Source: an uncultured cyanobacterium (GTDB lineage Bacteria > Cyanobacteriota > Cyanobacteriia > Cyanobacteriales > CAWUOF01). Taken from it: DNA of 64,000 bases. Shown here piece by piece: positions 1 to 8,041 of this stretch; positions within the stretch are counted from its first letter, which is position 1, and every line of letters starts with the position of its first letter. A model generated the notes under the pieces. It made no database searches and was not told the DNA's origin. It saw only the letters and a program-made list of their open reading frames with translations. The position numbers and the translations under genes are program-made. The stretch lies in contig CAVUSO010000001.1 in NCBI GenBank assembly GCA_963744145.1, forward strand, positions 7,520,001 to 7,584,000, in the 5' to 3' direction.

Positions 1-202
1 TCACTTATTAAATTGTGACAGAATTAACAAAAGTTAGTAAGCAATTACATCATTCCATCAAGATTAATTGCCACCTGAGTTAAACCTGAAGATGGATAAT
101 GTTCAGGTGCGATTATTTTAACTAAAACATTAAAGTAGCAAAATAAAATAGAACCAAAAGTCACAATTATGAGTATGACAAAAGTCATGTTGGAAATGGG
201 GG

Positions 203-1780
203 TTATAATTCTCCGATCGCTAACATTTGAATCAATCGCGGTATCCCTGGATCAAACCCTGCTAAATCCCAAGACAAGGGATCTGAGGGATCGACCAAAG
301 TAATCCGATCGGGTGCAAGAGTAATATACACCGCTTTAATATGACGATTTATTTGATCGCGGTATTTTTTCAATGCTTGACTAGGATGGGGATAACCTAC
401 CCAACTTTCACTATCAGTCCAAAAACAAATCACATCGGCTTTAAAATTATGATCAATCATCCATTCATAAGCAACACTAGCATTCGTACCACCAAAATTT
501 TGATTGCTCGCTTTAGTCATTGCTGAACTAAAAGAATCCTGGTGAGAAATTTTGAGATTGCGAAACTCAGTAGCAAAACCTCGGATCGCATAATGTTTTT
601 CAGCTTTTGCGGTTACTAAGGACATAACTGTGGCAATTTCACAACAACTAAGTCCGACGGAAGTCACCAAACTAGACATCGAGCCAGAAACATCGATCGC
701 GTGCATAAATACTTTTCCAGTTGGTTCGATAATTTCCAAGGACATCTCCACAGCTTTTTCTAGAATCTCCACAATTTTATCAACAGGATGCCAAGTTTTG
801 TGAGTGCGTCCTAACTTTCCTTGAGACTGGTAAGTTTTCAAAGCTTTCAACACACTAATTGGATGAATATATCCTTTTCGTAAATGATCTTTGTGATTTA
901 AAATAGCTTCAACTCGGGCTAAATTTTCTAATTCATTTGGTGCTAAAATACCAATTTCTGTTAAAGAACCCAAATTACGCAATAAAGCACCGATCGGCAT
1001 TTCTTGAAATAATAATTGCCATGCTTGTTTATCCATTATCCCAATCGGAGCAGCCATTTCATGGGTTAAATGACCTTGAGCGATCGCGAGATAAGTTTGT
1101 TCAGGATTACGTTTTAGCCATTCATACCACCAAATTTGGGCTAATTCTGGAGCGGGAATTTCTGCTGGTAAATCTTCCCAACCTTTGACTACCCAATTAA
1201 ACAATAGTTGATGAGAAATTGTCGGTGGCTTAACATGAAATAACCGTAACGCATCACGATTAGTAAACCCATGACGTTGCCGATACTTTAATAATTGATA
1301 AGCTAAACTTTTGACATCTGAATTAGTGAGCCAATTTTTCCCAACTGCGCGAATAATTGCCCCAAAACCGCGTAAAGACTTAGTATAACTTAACCATTCA
1401 TAAAAATGACTACCAGTGCGAACAACTTGTGGAAAAATTTCTTGAAACGCTTTTTTTGCTTGGCGTGATTCACCCATTGATAATAAGACTAAAGCAAAAA
1501 TTGGAGCGCTCTGATTAATCGCATTGCCATCACTAGCATAAAGAATTTCATCAGCTACTTGTCGGGGATCAGTCGCGATCGCTTGATTTAAAACTGCGAC
1601 AAAGTCTTCAGTTAATTCAGACTGACCAGCATAATAAGTGCTTTGAGCAGTACCAATTAACAAACAACGTCGCAGCAGTTTCCAAATTCCCGCATTAAAC
1701 ATAAATCCTCCTGAACGTCCACGGATCATCTCCGCTTCGCGTCCAGGAATCGGCTGAATTTGAGGTGTATTGGTCATCAT
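203..1780 (-). CDS. TROVE-domain Ro60-like RNA-binding protein (Rsr) with C-terminal vWA domain
   Basis: TROVE N-terminus (GGFMF...LRRCLLIGT, YRQRHGFTNRDALRLFH) and vWA MIDAS DVSGS...TDSE. Start moved to the ATG at 1780 because the ORF-track extension to 1834 reads through the upstream RNA's T-arm. Confidence 0.92.
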   Translation of the reverse strand: MMTNTPQIQPIPGREAEMIRGRSGGFMFNAGIWKLLRRCLLIGTAQSTYYAGQSELTEDFVAVLNQAIATDPRQVADEILYASDGNAINQSAPIFALVLLSMGESRQAKKAFQEIFPQVVRTGSHFYEWLSYTKSLRGFGAIIRAVGKNWLTNSDVKSLAYQLLKYRQRHGFTNRDALRLFHVKPPTISHQLLFNWVVKGWEDLPAEIPAPELAQIWWYEWLKRNPEQTYLAIAQGHLTHEMAAPIGIMDKQAWQLLFQEMPIGALLRNLGSLTEIGILAPNELENLARVEAILNHKDHLRKGYIHPISVLKALKTYQSQGKLGRTHKTWHPVDKIVEILEKAVEMSLEIIEPTGKVFMHAIDVSGSMSSLVTSVGLSCCEIATVMSLVTAKAEKHYAIRGFATEFRNLKISHQDSFSSAMTKASNQNFGGTNASVAYEWMIDHNFKADVICFWTDSESWVGYPHPSQALKKYRDQINRHIKAVYITLAPDRITLVDPSDPLSWDLAGFDPGIPRLIQMLAIGEL

Positions 1781-1784
1781 ATTA

Positions 1785-1927
1785 TGGGGTAGCGGGACGG
1801 GATTTGAACCCGTAACTTCCGGAAAATTAGTCAAGGATCAGTCTAAAAGTAGATTGTAATCAATAAACCTCGACTTTTCGGCCCATTGAGGCAAGGTTGG
1901 CACTCTACCAATTGAGTTATCCGCTAC
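1785..1927 (-). ncRNA. tRNA-like Y RNA candidate 1 (YrlA-like, permuted topology)
   Basis: Acceptor GTAGCGG/CCGCTAC plus C plus CCA; D-arm ACTC-AATTGGTA-GAGT; T-arm ACGGG-TTCAAAT-CCCGT; anticodon arm replaced by a long insert containing TTGCCT-CAAT-GGGCCGAA; adjacent to TROVE. Confidence 0.82.
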
Positions 1928-1954
1928 AAGAAATTAGGAAACGAGAGGATAGAA

Positions 1955-2083
1955 GGTGACGGAGCAGGATTTGAACCTGCGTCTCCTGCGGGGTAGGCAA
2001 TAACCCTCAATTATTCGGCCCTGACGGACAAGTTGTTAATCAAGGATGTTTTTGGTATCCTGAGCCTCTAGACGATCCGTCAC
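1955..2083 (-). ncRNA. tRNA-like Y RNA candidate 2 (YrlA-like, permuted topology)
   Basis: 8-bp acceptor GTGACGGA/TCCGTCAC; D-like arm GTCTAGAGGCTCAGGAT; T-arm GCAGG-TTCAAAT-CCTGC; insert with TTGTCC-GTCA-GGGCCGAA...GGTTATTGCC; no encoded CCA. Confidence 0.82.
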
Positions 2084-2092
2084 ATCATCAAT

Positions 2093-2098
2093 ATTATA
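2093..2098 (-). promoter_or_regulatory. Putative -10 box for the Y RNA-TROVE transcript
   Basis: Perfect TATAAT on the minus strand 9 nt upstream of the RNA 2 acceptor stem. Confidence 0.55.
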
Positions 2099-2296
2099 TT
2101 AGGTCTGGTGGTTTTGATGCTGCCACCCAAGCTAGACCATACATCACTAGCGTGAATATTCCAGGATTACATCGCGATCATCCCCAGACTAGATCGGGTT
2201 TAGTCTAAGTTTCGGTAATTTTACTGTAGACAACATCGATTTTCGATGTTCTACTTGTGTGATAAGGTGGTCAACGAATAGGATGAGAAAAATAAA

Positions 2297-2485
2297 ATGA
2301 ATAAAATAACTAACAACGAAGTTATTGGTGACAGCGAAGTTATTGGTGACAATGAATTTAGTGAACAGATCCGTGAACTAAGTAACGAGGAATTTGATCA
2401 CGAGGTGGTTAAGGAAAATACTGACACTTCTGATTGGAAATTCTCCGGACAAGATTACTTCTGGTTGGCTTTTGGGTGTCATTAA
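2297..2485 (+). CDS. Small acidic hypothetical protein (62 aa)
   Basis: ATG preceded by purine-rich AGGATGAG; internal EVIGD duplication; aromatic C-terminus; lies in an otherwise empty intergenic region. Confidence 0.5.
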   Translation: MNKITNNEVIGDSEVIGDNEFSEQIRELSNEEFDHEVVKENTDTSDWKFSGQDYFWLAFGCH

Positions 2486-2597
2486 TTTTTAACAATAATC
2501 AGCAAGCTTGAGCGGTATTTTTACCTTAGATATCAAAATATTTAAAATCATCTTCCAATGCTTTGATCAAGGTTTTGGAGGATATTTACTTAGTTTA

Positions 2598-3878
2598 CTA
2601 TGATTTTACTGGGAATGTAGCCAGAATTTTTTTAGCAAAGATGAAAGCTTGTTCAGTTGTGGAAATTTTACCTTCAATATGTGCTAACTGAATTTGAGTA
2701 AGTAACCAACCAACTTGGGGACCTGGAGGAATTTGTAAAGCTTGGATCAAATCCTTACCATTAAGCAAAGGAATCGGGTGAGCAACTAAATCATCAGGAT
2801 CAAGATAGCGCTGAATTAAAGGTGCGATCGCATCTAGGTCAGCTCCTACAGCTAAAGCTAAAACAACTATAGCCGGAAAACCTTTCTCTAAAGTCCGAAA
2901 GAAAAAAAACTGCTCAGGTAAAGAAAAATCAGCTGCTGTTTGGAGCGATCGCAACTTCGGTAAAAATTGCAGCAGGACATTAACCGCATGAATTTCTGCC
3001 CGACTAGATTTTAACTCCCGCATCAACAACGGATCAAGCTCAGTTTTGGCAATTCCCGGAGATAGTAAACTGGTTAACTTCGCGATCGCTAACCAACTCA
3101 AAGGATACATTCCTCGGACTTGAACCGATAAATCTAATACTAATTGCGGCCAATTTTCTGTTAAAATTACTACTGCACGATCAATTGCAGCTAATTGTAC
3201 TAAACTCTCAGCCGTAATATCTAATTGTAAAGCTGCTGATAATCCCCCATCTTCCCAAGCAAGAGTTAACCATCTTGTCCCCTGGGAATGATTAAGCAAA
3301 TAGCTAATTTCCATCAAAATTCGCTCTTTTGCTACTCTTACCAATAAATCAGCACAATTACGCATTGCTACTCTTGTATCTGTTGCGATCGTCAAACCTA
3401 ATTGAGCAGCTTGTCGATAACCTCGTAGGATTCGTAACGGATCATCCTCCAAATTAGCTTGGGAAATCATCCGAATGATTCTCCGTTCCAAATCAACCTG
3501 ACCTTGAAGTGGGTCAAAAAAAACTCTCTGGTGAGGACTATAGGCGATCGCATTAATGGTATAATCCCGTCGATGCAAGTCTTGCGTTAAAGTAGCACCT
3601 TCCTGTTGAGCAAAATCTGCTGTCCCATGAGCAAATACAACTCGCGCAATTTGTCGCTGGGGATCTAACAAGACAAAACCACCATCACACACTTGAGCAA
3701 TCTTCCGAGCTGTCTTAACCGCATTTACAGGTAAGACAAAATCCAAATCAAAATAATCGGACTTTCGTCCTAGCAAAGCATCTCGGACTGAACCACCAAC
3801 CAAATAAGCAGACTCTGGTAATAAACTTAAACTAAATGGCCAATGTTCAGGAGATAATGCTAGAAAATCACTGTCCAT
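2598..3878 (-). CDS. tRNA nucleotidyltransferase / poly(A) polymerase family (likely the cyanobacterial CC-adding type)
   Basis: Motifs YLVGGSVRDALLG, DLDF, DLHRRDYTINAIA, DDPLRILR; no DHH/CBS extension. Confidence 0.9.
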   Translation of the reverse strand: MDSDFLALSPEHWPFSLSLLPESAYLVGGSVRDALLGRKSDYFDLDFVLPVNAVKTARKIAQVCDGGFVLLDPQRQIARVVFAHGTADFAQQEGATLTQDLHRRDYTINAIAYSPHQRVFFDPLQGQVDLERRIIRMISQANLEDDPLRILRGYRQAAQLGLTIATDTRVAMRNCADLLVRVAKERILMEISYLLNHSQGTRWLTLAWEDGGLSAALQLDITAESLVQLAAIDRAVVILTENWPQLVLDLSVQVRGMYPLSWLAIAKLTSLLSPGIAKTELDPLLMRELKSSRAEIHAVNVLLQFLPKLRSLQTAADFSLPEQFFFFRTLEKGFPAIVVLALAVGADLDAIAPLIQRYLDPDDLVAHPIPLLNGKDLIQALQIPPGPQVGWLLTQIQLAHIEGKISTTEQAFIFAKKILATFPVKS

Positions 3879-4277
3879 GTCAAGGAAAAATTCATTTTAA
3901 TTCAATCCGGTTCAGTTAACCGTAGGGGCAAAGCATTTCGGCGCATCAATGATGGCTGAAGCGAAGAATAATATGACCGAAATGCTTTGCCCTCACCATC
4001 TATGCAGCCAACAGATCAACTATATATTAAAATACATTCAGTTAAGATTTTTTGGGAACTCACTATCCATGTCAAGGAAAAATTCATTTTAATTCAATCC
4101 GGTTCAGTTAACCGTAGGGGCAAAGCATTTCGGCGCATCAATGATGGCTGAAGCGTTTACCCTGAGCGTAGTCGAAGGGAAGAATAATATGACCGAAATG
4201 CTTTGCCCTCACCATCTATGCAGCCAACAGATCAACTATATATTAAAATACATTCAGTTAAGATTTTTTGGGAACTC
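3868..4277. repeat. Tandem direct duplication (192-bp period; second copy carries a 24-nt insert)
   Basis: TCACT(G/A)TCCATGTCAAGG...GGGAACTC occurs at 3868 and again at 4060. Confidence 0.9.
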
Positions 4278-4458
4278 TCGGCGAAGAAGGGCGAAGCATT
4301 CGGATCTAATATTACTGGCTTGATTGTTTAATTGTCGCCCGAATGCTTCGCCCCTACGGTTAACTGAACTTTATTGGGCGTTGCTGATTTACGGTATGAA
4401 TAAATAATTTGTAGGGGCGCAAGAGCCATACGCCCCTACGGTTAACTGAATTGTATTG
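4095..4458. mobile_element. Composite MITE with REP-like hairpins and 10-bp TSD
   Basis: Ends CAATCCGGTTCAGTTAAC / GTTAACTGAATTGTATTG; flanked by CATTTTAATT at 4085-4094 and 4459-4468; internal GTAGGGGC...GCCC hairpins. Confidence 0.75.
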
Positions 4459-4462
4459 CATT

Positions 4463-5146
4463 TTAATTTTGTTGATCTGGCACAGTTAAAGTAGGAAATG
4501 GAGCTTGATCTTTAACTTCAATTAAACCTGGACGTAAAGATAAATAAACTAAAGGTCCAAAGAGTGGAATTAATCTGACTCCCCAAAAAATCGGAGCATC
4601 TGACAATCCCCGTCGAGCTAAATCATCTCCTAATAAGCTAGGAAATAATAGAGTAAGTAGCGCAAAATCTAAACCCATGACATGAATAAATCGGTTAGTT
4701 TGCCATTGGTGAATAAAATCTCCCCCATCTCCCTTCACCCCATAAGCAACTAAACTAATTGCGATCGCTGTCAAAATAATTCCTGTCCAGCGAGAATCTA
4801 ATAACTTAATCAACCAATTTTTGGCACCGACAAATTCTGGGTTAGATTGACGTAAAGCTAAATAGGGTAAAACCATAAAAGCTCCTACCGCTAAAGACCC
4901 CAAAACAAAAGGCCAAGCTCTTACTTTTTGTCCTCTACCATCAATTAATAATACACAAGCATAAATCATCGGCCAAACACCCATGATGTTAAATAGGGCG
5001 ACAATTAGAGGATTGATATTTGCTACCTCGCCCATCGCCAAATTTTTAATTAAGGTAATATTATTAGGATCATCCGGAGGAGCCAATAGGAAAGCATATA
5101 GTAAAAAAGCACCCCATAATAACCAAAAACCAATCTTGGGATTCAT
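4463..5146 (-). CDS. Conserved cyanobacterial membrane protein (DUF2834-like)
   Basis: Multiple hydrophobic helices; FNIMGVWP and FIHVMGLDF motifs. Confidence 0.7.
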   Translation of the reverse strand: MNPKIGFWLLWGAFLLYAFLLAPPDDPNNITLIKNLAMGEVANINPLIVALFNIMGVWPMIYACVLLIDGRGQKVRAWPFVLGSLAVGAFMVLPYLALRQSNPEFVGAKNWLIKLLDSRWTGIILTAIAISLVAYGVKGDGGDFIHQWQTNRFIHVMGLDFALLTLLFPSLLGDDLARRGLSDAPIFWGVRLIPLFGPLVYLSLRPGLIEVKDQAPFPTLTVPDQQN

Positions 5147-5165
5147 AATTTTAGATTAATAATTG

Positions 5166-6257
5166 CTAACTAAGCGCTTCAGACAGATAATCAGCCGCAG
5201 CTTCGACCACTGCGATCGCATTTTCATAAACCATCCTTGTTGGTCCAAGTACACCCACACTACCCACGGGAACAGAACCTCGTCGATAAGTTGAAGAAAT
5301 AAAGCTACAATTGCGAATTGGTACTAAGGGATTCTCGGAACCAATCCACACATTTACCCGTTTACTGTCGGAAGTAGGTTGACCATCATCAGGACGATCA
5401 AAAAATAATGGTAATAATTGCTCTTGTTCTTCTTCCAACAAGTGCATAATCATCTGGAGCCGATTCAATTCAGAAAATTCTGGTTGTCGCAATACTTCAG
5501 CCACTCCACTAATAAAAATATAGGTAGAAGGGGGTGTTTGGGTGCGACGGTTTAAATCAGCTAATAGTAATTGTAAAGTATCAGCATAACATTCAAATTT
5601 CCGATCTAATTCCGTCCAATCTAGGGTCGCTAACTCAACCAGCGATCGCCCTCTTAACTGACTATTTAAAAAATTCGACAAAATTTGCAATTCCCGATCC
5701 ACCATTTCCAGATCTAGGGTGCCAGAATAGCTTTCTTTTGGTAATTCCATCAAAACCGACTGAGTTTCATAACTATCAGTCACCACAATCAACATTACTC
5801 TCCCAGGATCTATTTGCACCAATTGCACATGACGCAATTTAGTCGTGTTAGTTTGGGGCATAGTAATTAGGGTAATATAACCGCTAATCGTCGCCAGAAT
5901 TTGGGATGCACCACGGAGCAACACTTCCAAACTCTGTTCTTCCCAATTCAAGCGATCGCGCAGCACTCGATCGACTTCACGGGTTAAATTATTAGCTGGT
6001 GCAATTAACTGGTCAACATAAATCCGATAACCAGAATCCGAGGGAATCCGACCAGCAGAAGTATGGGGTTGATAGAGCAATCCAGCTTTTTCTAAAAATC
6101 CCATCGCATTGCGAATAGTTGCAGGACTAACACTCAGATTATATTCCTCTAGCAAAGCTTTAGATCCTACTGGTTCAGCAGTAGCAATATAATGGCGTAC
6201 TGTTGCCCAGAGGATATGTTGTTGTCGTTCTGTTAGATTAATTTTTTTAGACATCAT
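5166..6257 (-). CDS. hrcA: Heat-inducible transcription repressor HrcA
   Basis: [29 protein letters not shown] and GVLGPTRM motifs. Confidence 0.97.
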   Translation of the reverse strand: MMSKKINLTERQQHILWATVRHYIATAEPVGSKALLEEYNLSVSPATIRNAMGFLEKAGLLYQPHTSAGRIPSDSGYRIYVDQLIAPANNLTREVDRVLRDRLNWEEQSLEVLLRGASQILATISGYITLITMPQTNTTKLRHVQLVQIDPGRVMLIVVTDSYETQSVLMELPKESYSGTLDLEMVDRELQILSNFLNSQLRGRSLVELATLDWTELDRKFECYADTLQLLLADLNRRTQTPPSTYIFISGVAEVLRQPEFSELNRLQMIMHLLEEEQEQLLPLFFDRPDDGQPTSDSKRVNVWIGSENPLVPIRNCSFISSTYRRGSVPVGSVGVLGPTRMVYENAIAVVEAAADYLSEALS

Positions 6258-6284
6258 TGTAAACAGCCTTGGTGATTAACTCTA

Positions 6285-6647
6285 TTAATATCGAGCTACT
6301 TTCGGATCGACTAGGAGGGAATAAGCATCAATTCCACCAACCACATTTTTGACATTAGTGAAACCTTGATTCTGCAACCACTGACACATTTGAGCAGAAC
6401 GCACCCCATGATGACAAAGTACCAAGGTTTCTGTATGGGGATCAAAACGGGTCTTAATTTGGTCAGACCATTGGGCAAAAGCACTTAAAGACAAAGTTTC
6501 AAACCCTGGTAAAGACGCGATCGCGATTTCCTCTGGTTCCCTGACATCTAATAGCTGTAAACGATCAGCCGGATCTCTTTGTAAATAAGAGGCTAATTCT
6601 TTCACGGTAATTTGAGGAATGGATTGATCAGAAAATTGATTGGTCAT
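6285..6647 (-). CDS. Rhodanese-like domain protein
   Basis: LLDVREPEE, LCHHGVRS, GGIDAYS motifs. Confidence 0.92.
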   Translation of the reverse strand: MTNQFSDQSIPQITVKELASYLQRDPADRLQLLDVREPEEIAIASLPGFETLSLSAFAQWSDQIKTRFDPHTETLVLCHHGVRSAQMCQWLQNQGFTNVKNVVGGIDAYSLLVDPKVARY

Positions 6648-6700
6648 TGGTTAATATCTAGGTAATTCAATTTTAGGGGCAATAGTTAGACCAGATTTTT

Positions 6701-7813
6701 TTACTGTCCTACTGGAGTCTGTTGATGCACCGGACTATTTTCAGCTAAGGATGGTTGTTCTTGACCTATTTGATTTTCCTGTCGATAGCCAAACAATAGC
6801 CAACAAAAGGCTTGTCCAGCTTGGAGATTGTATGGTTTATCACCACGATGAAACAATTGAATCGCTATCTCCCTATCTTTCAATGCCAAAATTGGTACAG
6901 GAATACCATCATTTAATTCGACCATAGTAGCAGTTAAACCCGGATGAGACTGCAATTTTTTCACTAATTGCACTCGTGGTAATTGAGAAATACCACTAAT
7001 TTGAAAACCTAACTGACAGATAATTGTTTGACCAGGTGTTAAAGTGATCGCATCTAGACGTTTGAGTACCCAAGACATTTTGCCGCGATCGGGCCAGGCT
7101 AGGAAAAACTGGTTAGTCAGCCAGCAGGAGATGGCCATTGACTTCAATCCTTTAGTTGGTAGAGGAAGATGAGGATTAATGTCCTTAATTATTGGTAATC
7201 GGATCAAATGGGGCAAAGGAACCAAAGAAATTTCCTGGGTTGCTGGTACTTCTGCGATCGCATCATCTACAGATACCCCTAATTGTTTGGCTCGATAGGG
7301 CATATTTGCTAGATAATTCATCGCTGTTGGTTCTAGCTGATGATTAGTTGGGAGATCTAGGTTTTCCTCAGTTAGTAAATCTGGGGTGGAAAGCGCCGGT
7401 AAACTTGACTGAGTAGATGGAAACGACTCTTGCCATTCACTTTCGATAAATTCTGAAACTGCGGAAATATGTGCGCGAATCGCTGATGATTTTGCTGGTT
7501 CCGAGTTCTGTCTTAACGGAGAATAACTTAAGGGATGGGCATGATTAGAGACAACAAGATCTTGATCACCATTTTGCTGCTTTCTTCTTTGTTGGATATA
7601 TTGTTGCATCACATCCTGACGGATCTGCATATATTGGCCCCAAAAACCCGGGTGAATCTCATCCATGGTTTGGGTAATCGCCCACAGTTCCAAGGACATG
7701 AGATTATAAAAGGTATCATCGGCTTTTTGAAGAGCTTTGATCCAAGCTTCAATATCTGGGTTTAGCTGTCGCTCAAAATTTTCTTTTCCCTGATCATTTG
7801 GTAATCTGGTCAT
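6701..7813 (-). CDS. Hypothetical protein: N-terminal domain shared with its neighbour, low-complexity linker, C-terminal degenerate dUTPase-like domain
   Basis: Long ORF; N-terminal 55 aa about 50% identical to 8042-8338; C-terminal ITLTPGQT...EIAIQLFHRGDKPYNLQAGQAFCWLLF pattern. Confidence 0.7.
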   Translation of the reverse strand: MTRLPNDQGKENFERQLNPDIEAWIKALQKADDTFYNLMSLELWAITQTMDEIHPGFWGQYMQIRQDVMQQYIQQRRKQQNGDQDLVVSNHAHPLSYSPLRQNSEPAKSSAIRAHISAVSEFIESEWQESFPSTQSSLPALSTPDLLTEENLDLPTNHQLEPTAMNYLANMPYRAKQLGVSVDDAIAEVPATQEISLVPLPHLIRLPIIKDINPHLPLPTKGLKSMAISCWLTNQFFLAWPDRGKMSWVLKRLDAITLTPGQTIICQLGFQISGISQLPRVQLVKKLQSHPGLTATMVELNDGIPVPILALKDREIAIQLFHRGDKPYNLQAGQAFCWLLFGYRQENQIGQEQPSLAENSPVHQQTPVGQ

Positions 7814-8041
7814 TGGCAATGCCCCTTCCCATTAGTCTGCTTCTGACTACTTGTTTCATCAAAAATTTATTTAGTTGTTTGAGCTTGCCACTAATTTAAC
7901 TAAAACCTCAATCGGGGTAATACCCCTAACTAAATTTATTTAGGTATGAGCAAAATTGACCAGAGACCTATTGTTGTGCAGTGGATGATATTACTATTAT
8001 TTTAATCGTTCCCCAATTTTGGTTTTTTCATAACATGGCGT

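Noticed and set aside
14..29. CRP-like site TGTGA-N6-TAACA
   Set aside because: One mismatch in AT-rich DNA, and any target gene lies outside the window, so it cannot be supported.
1781..1834. N-terminal extension of TROVE in the ORF track
   Set aside because: It translates the T-arm and acceptor of the ncRNA (EVTGSNPV is the typical tRNA read-through).
1785..2083. Canonical or group I intron-containing tRNA genes
   Set aside because: No complete anticodon stem can be rebuilt, the inserts are far too short for a self-splicing intron, and they carry a Ro-type motif next to TROVE.
4141..4323. 60-aa ORF, and similar ORFs at 33205-33471 and 40322-40597
   Set aside because: They lie within REP/MITE repeats and share repeat-derived peptides.
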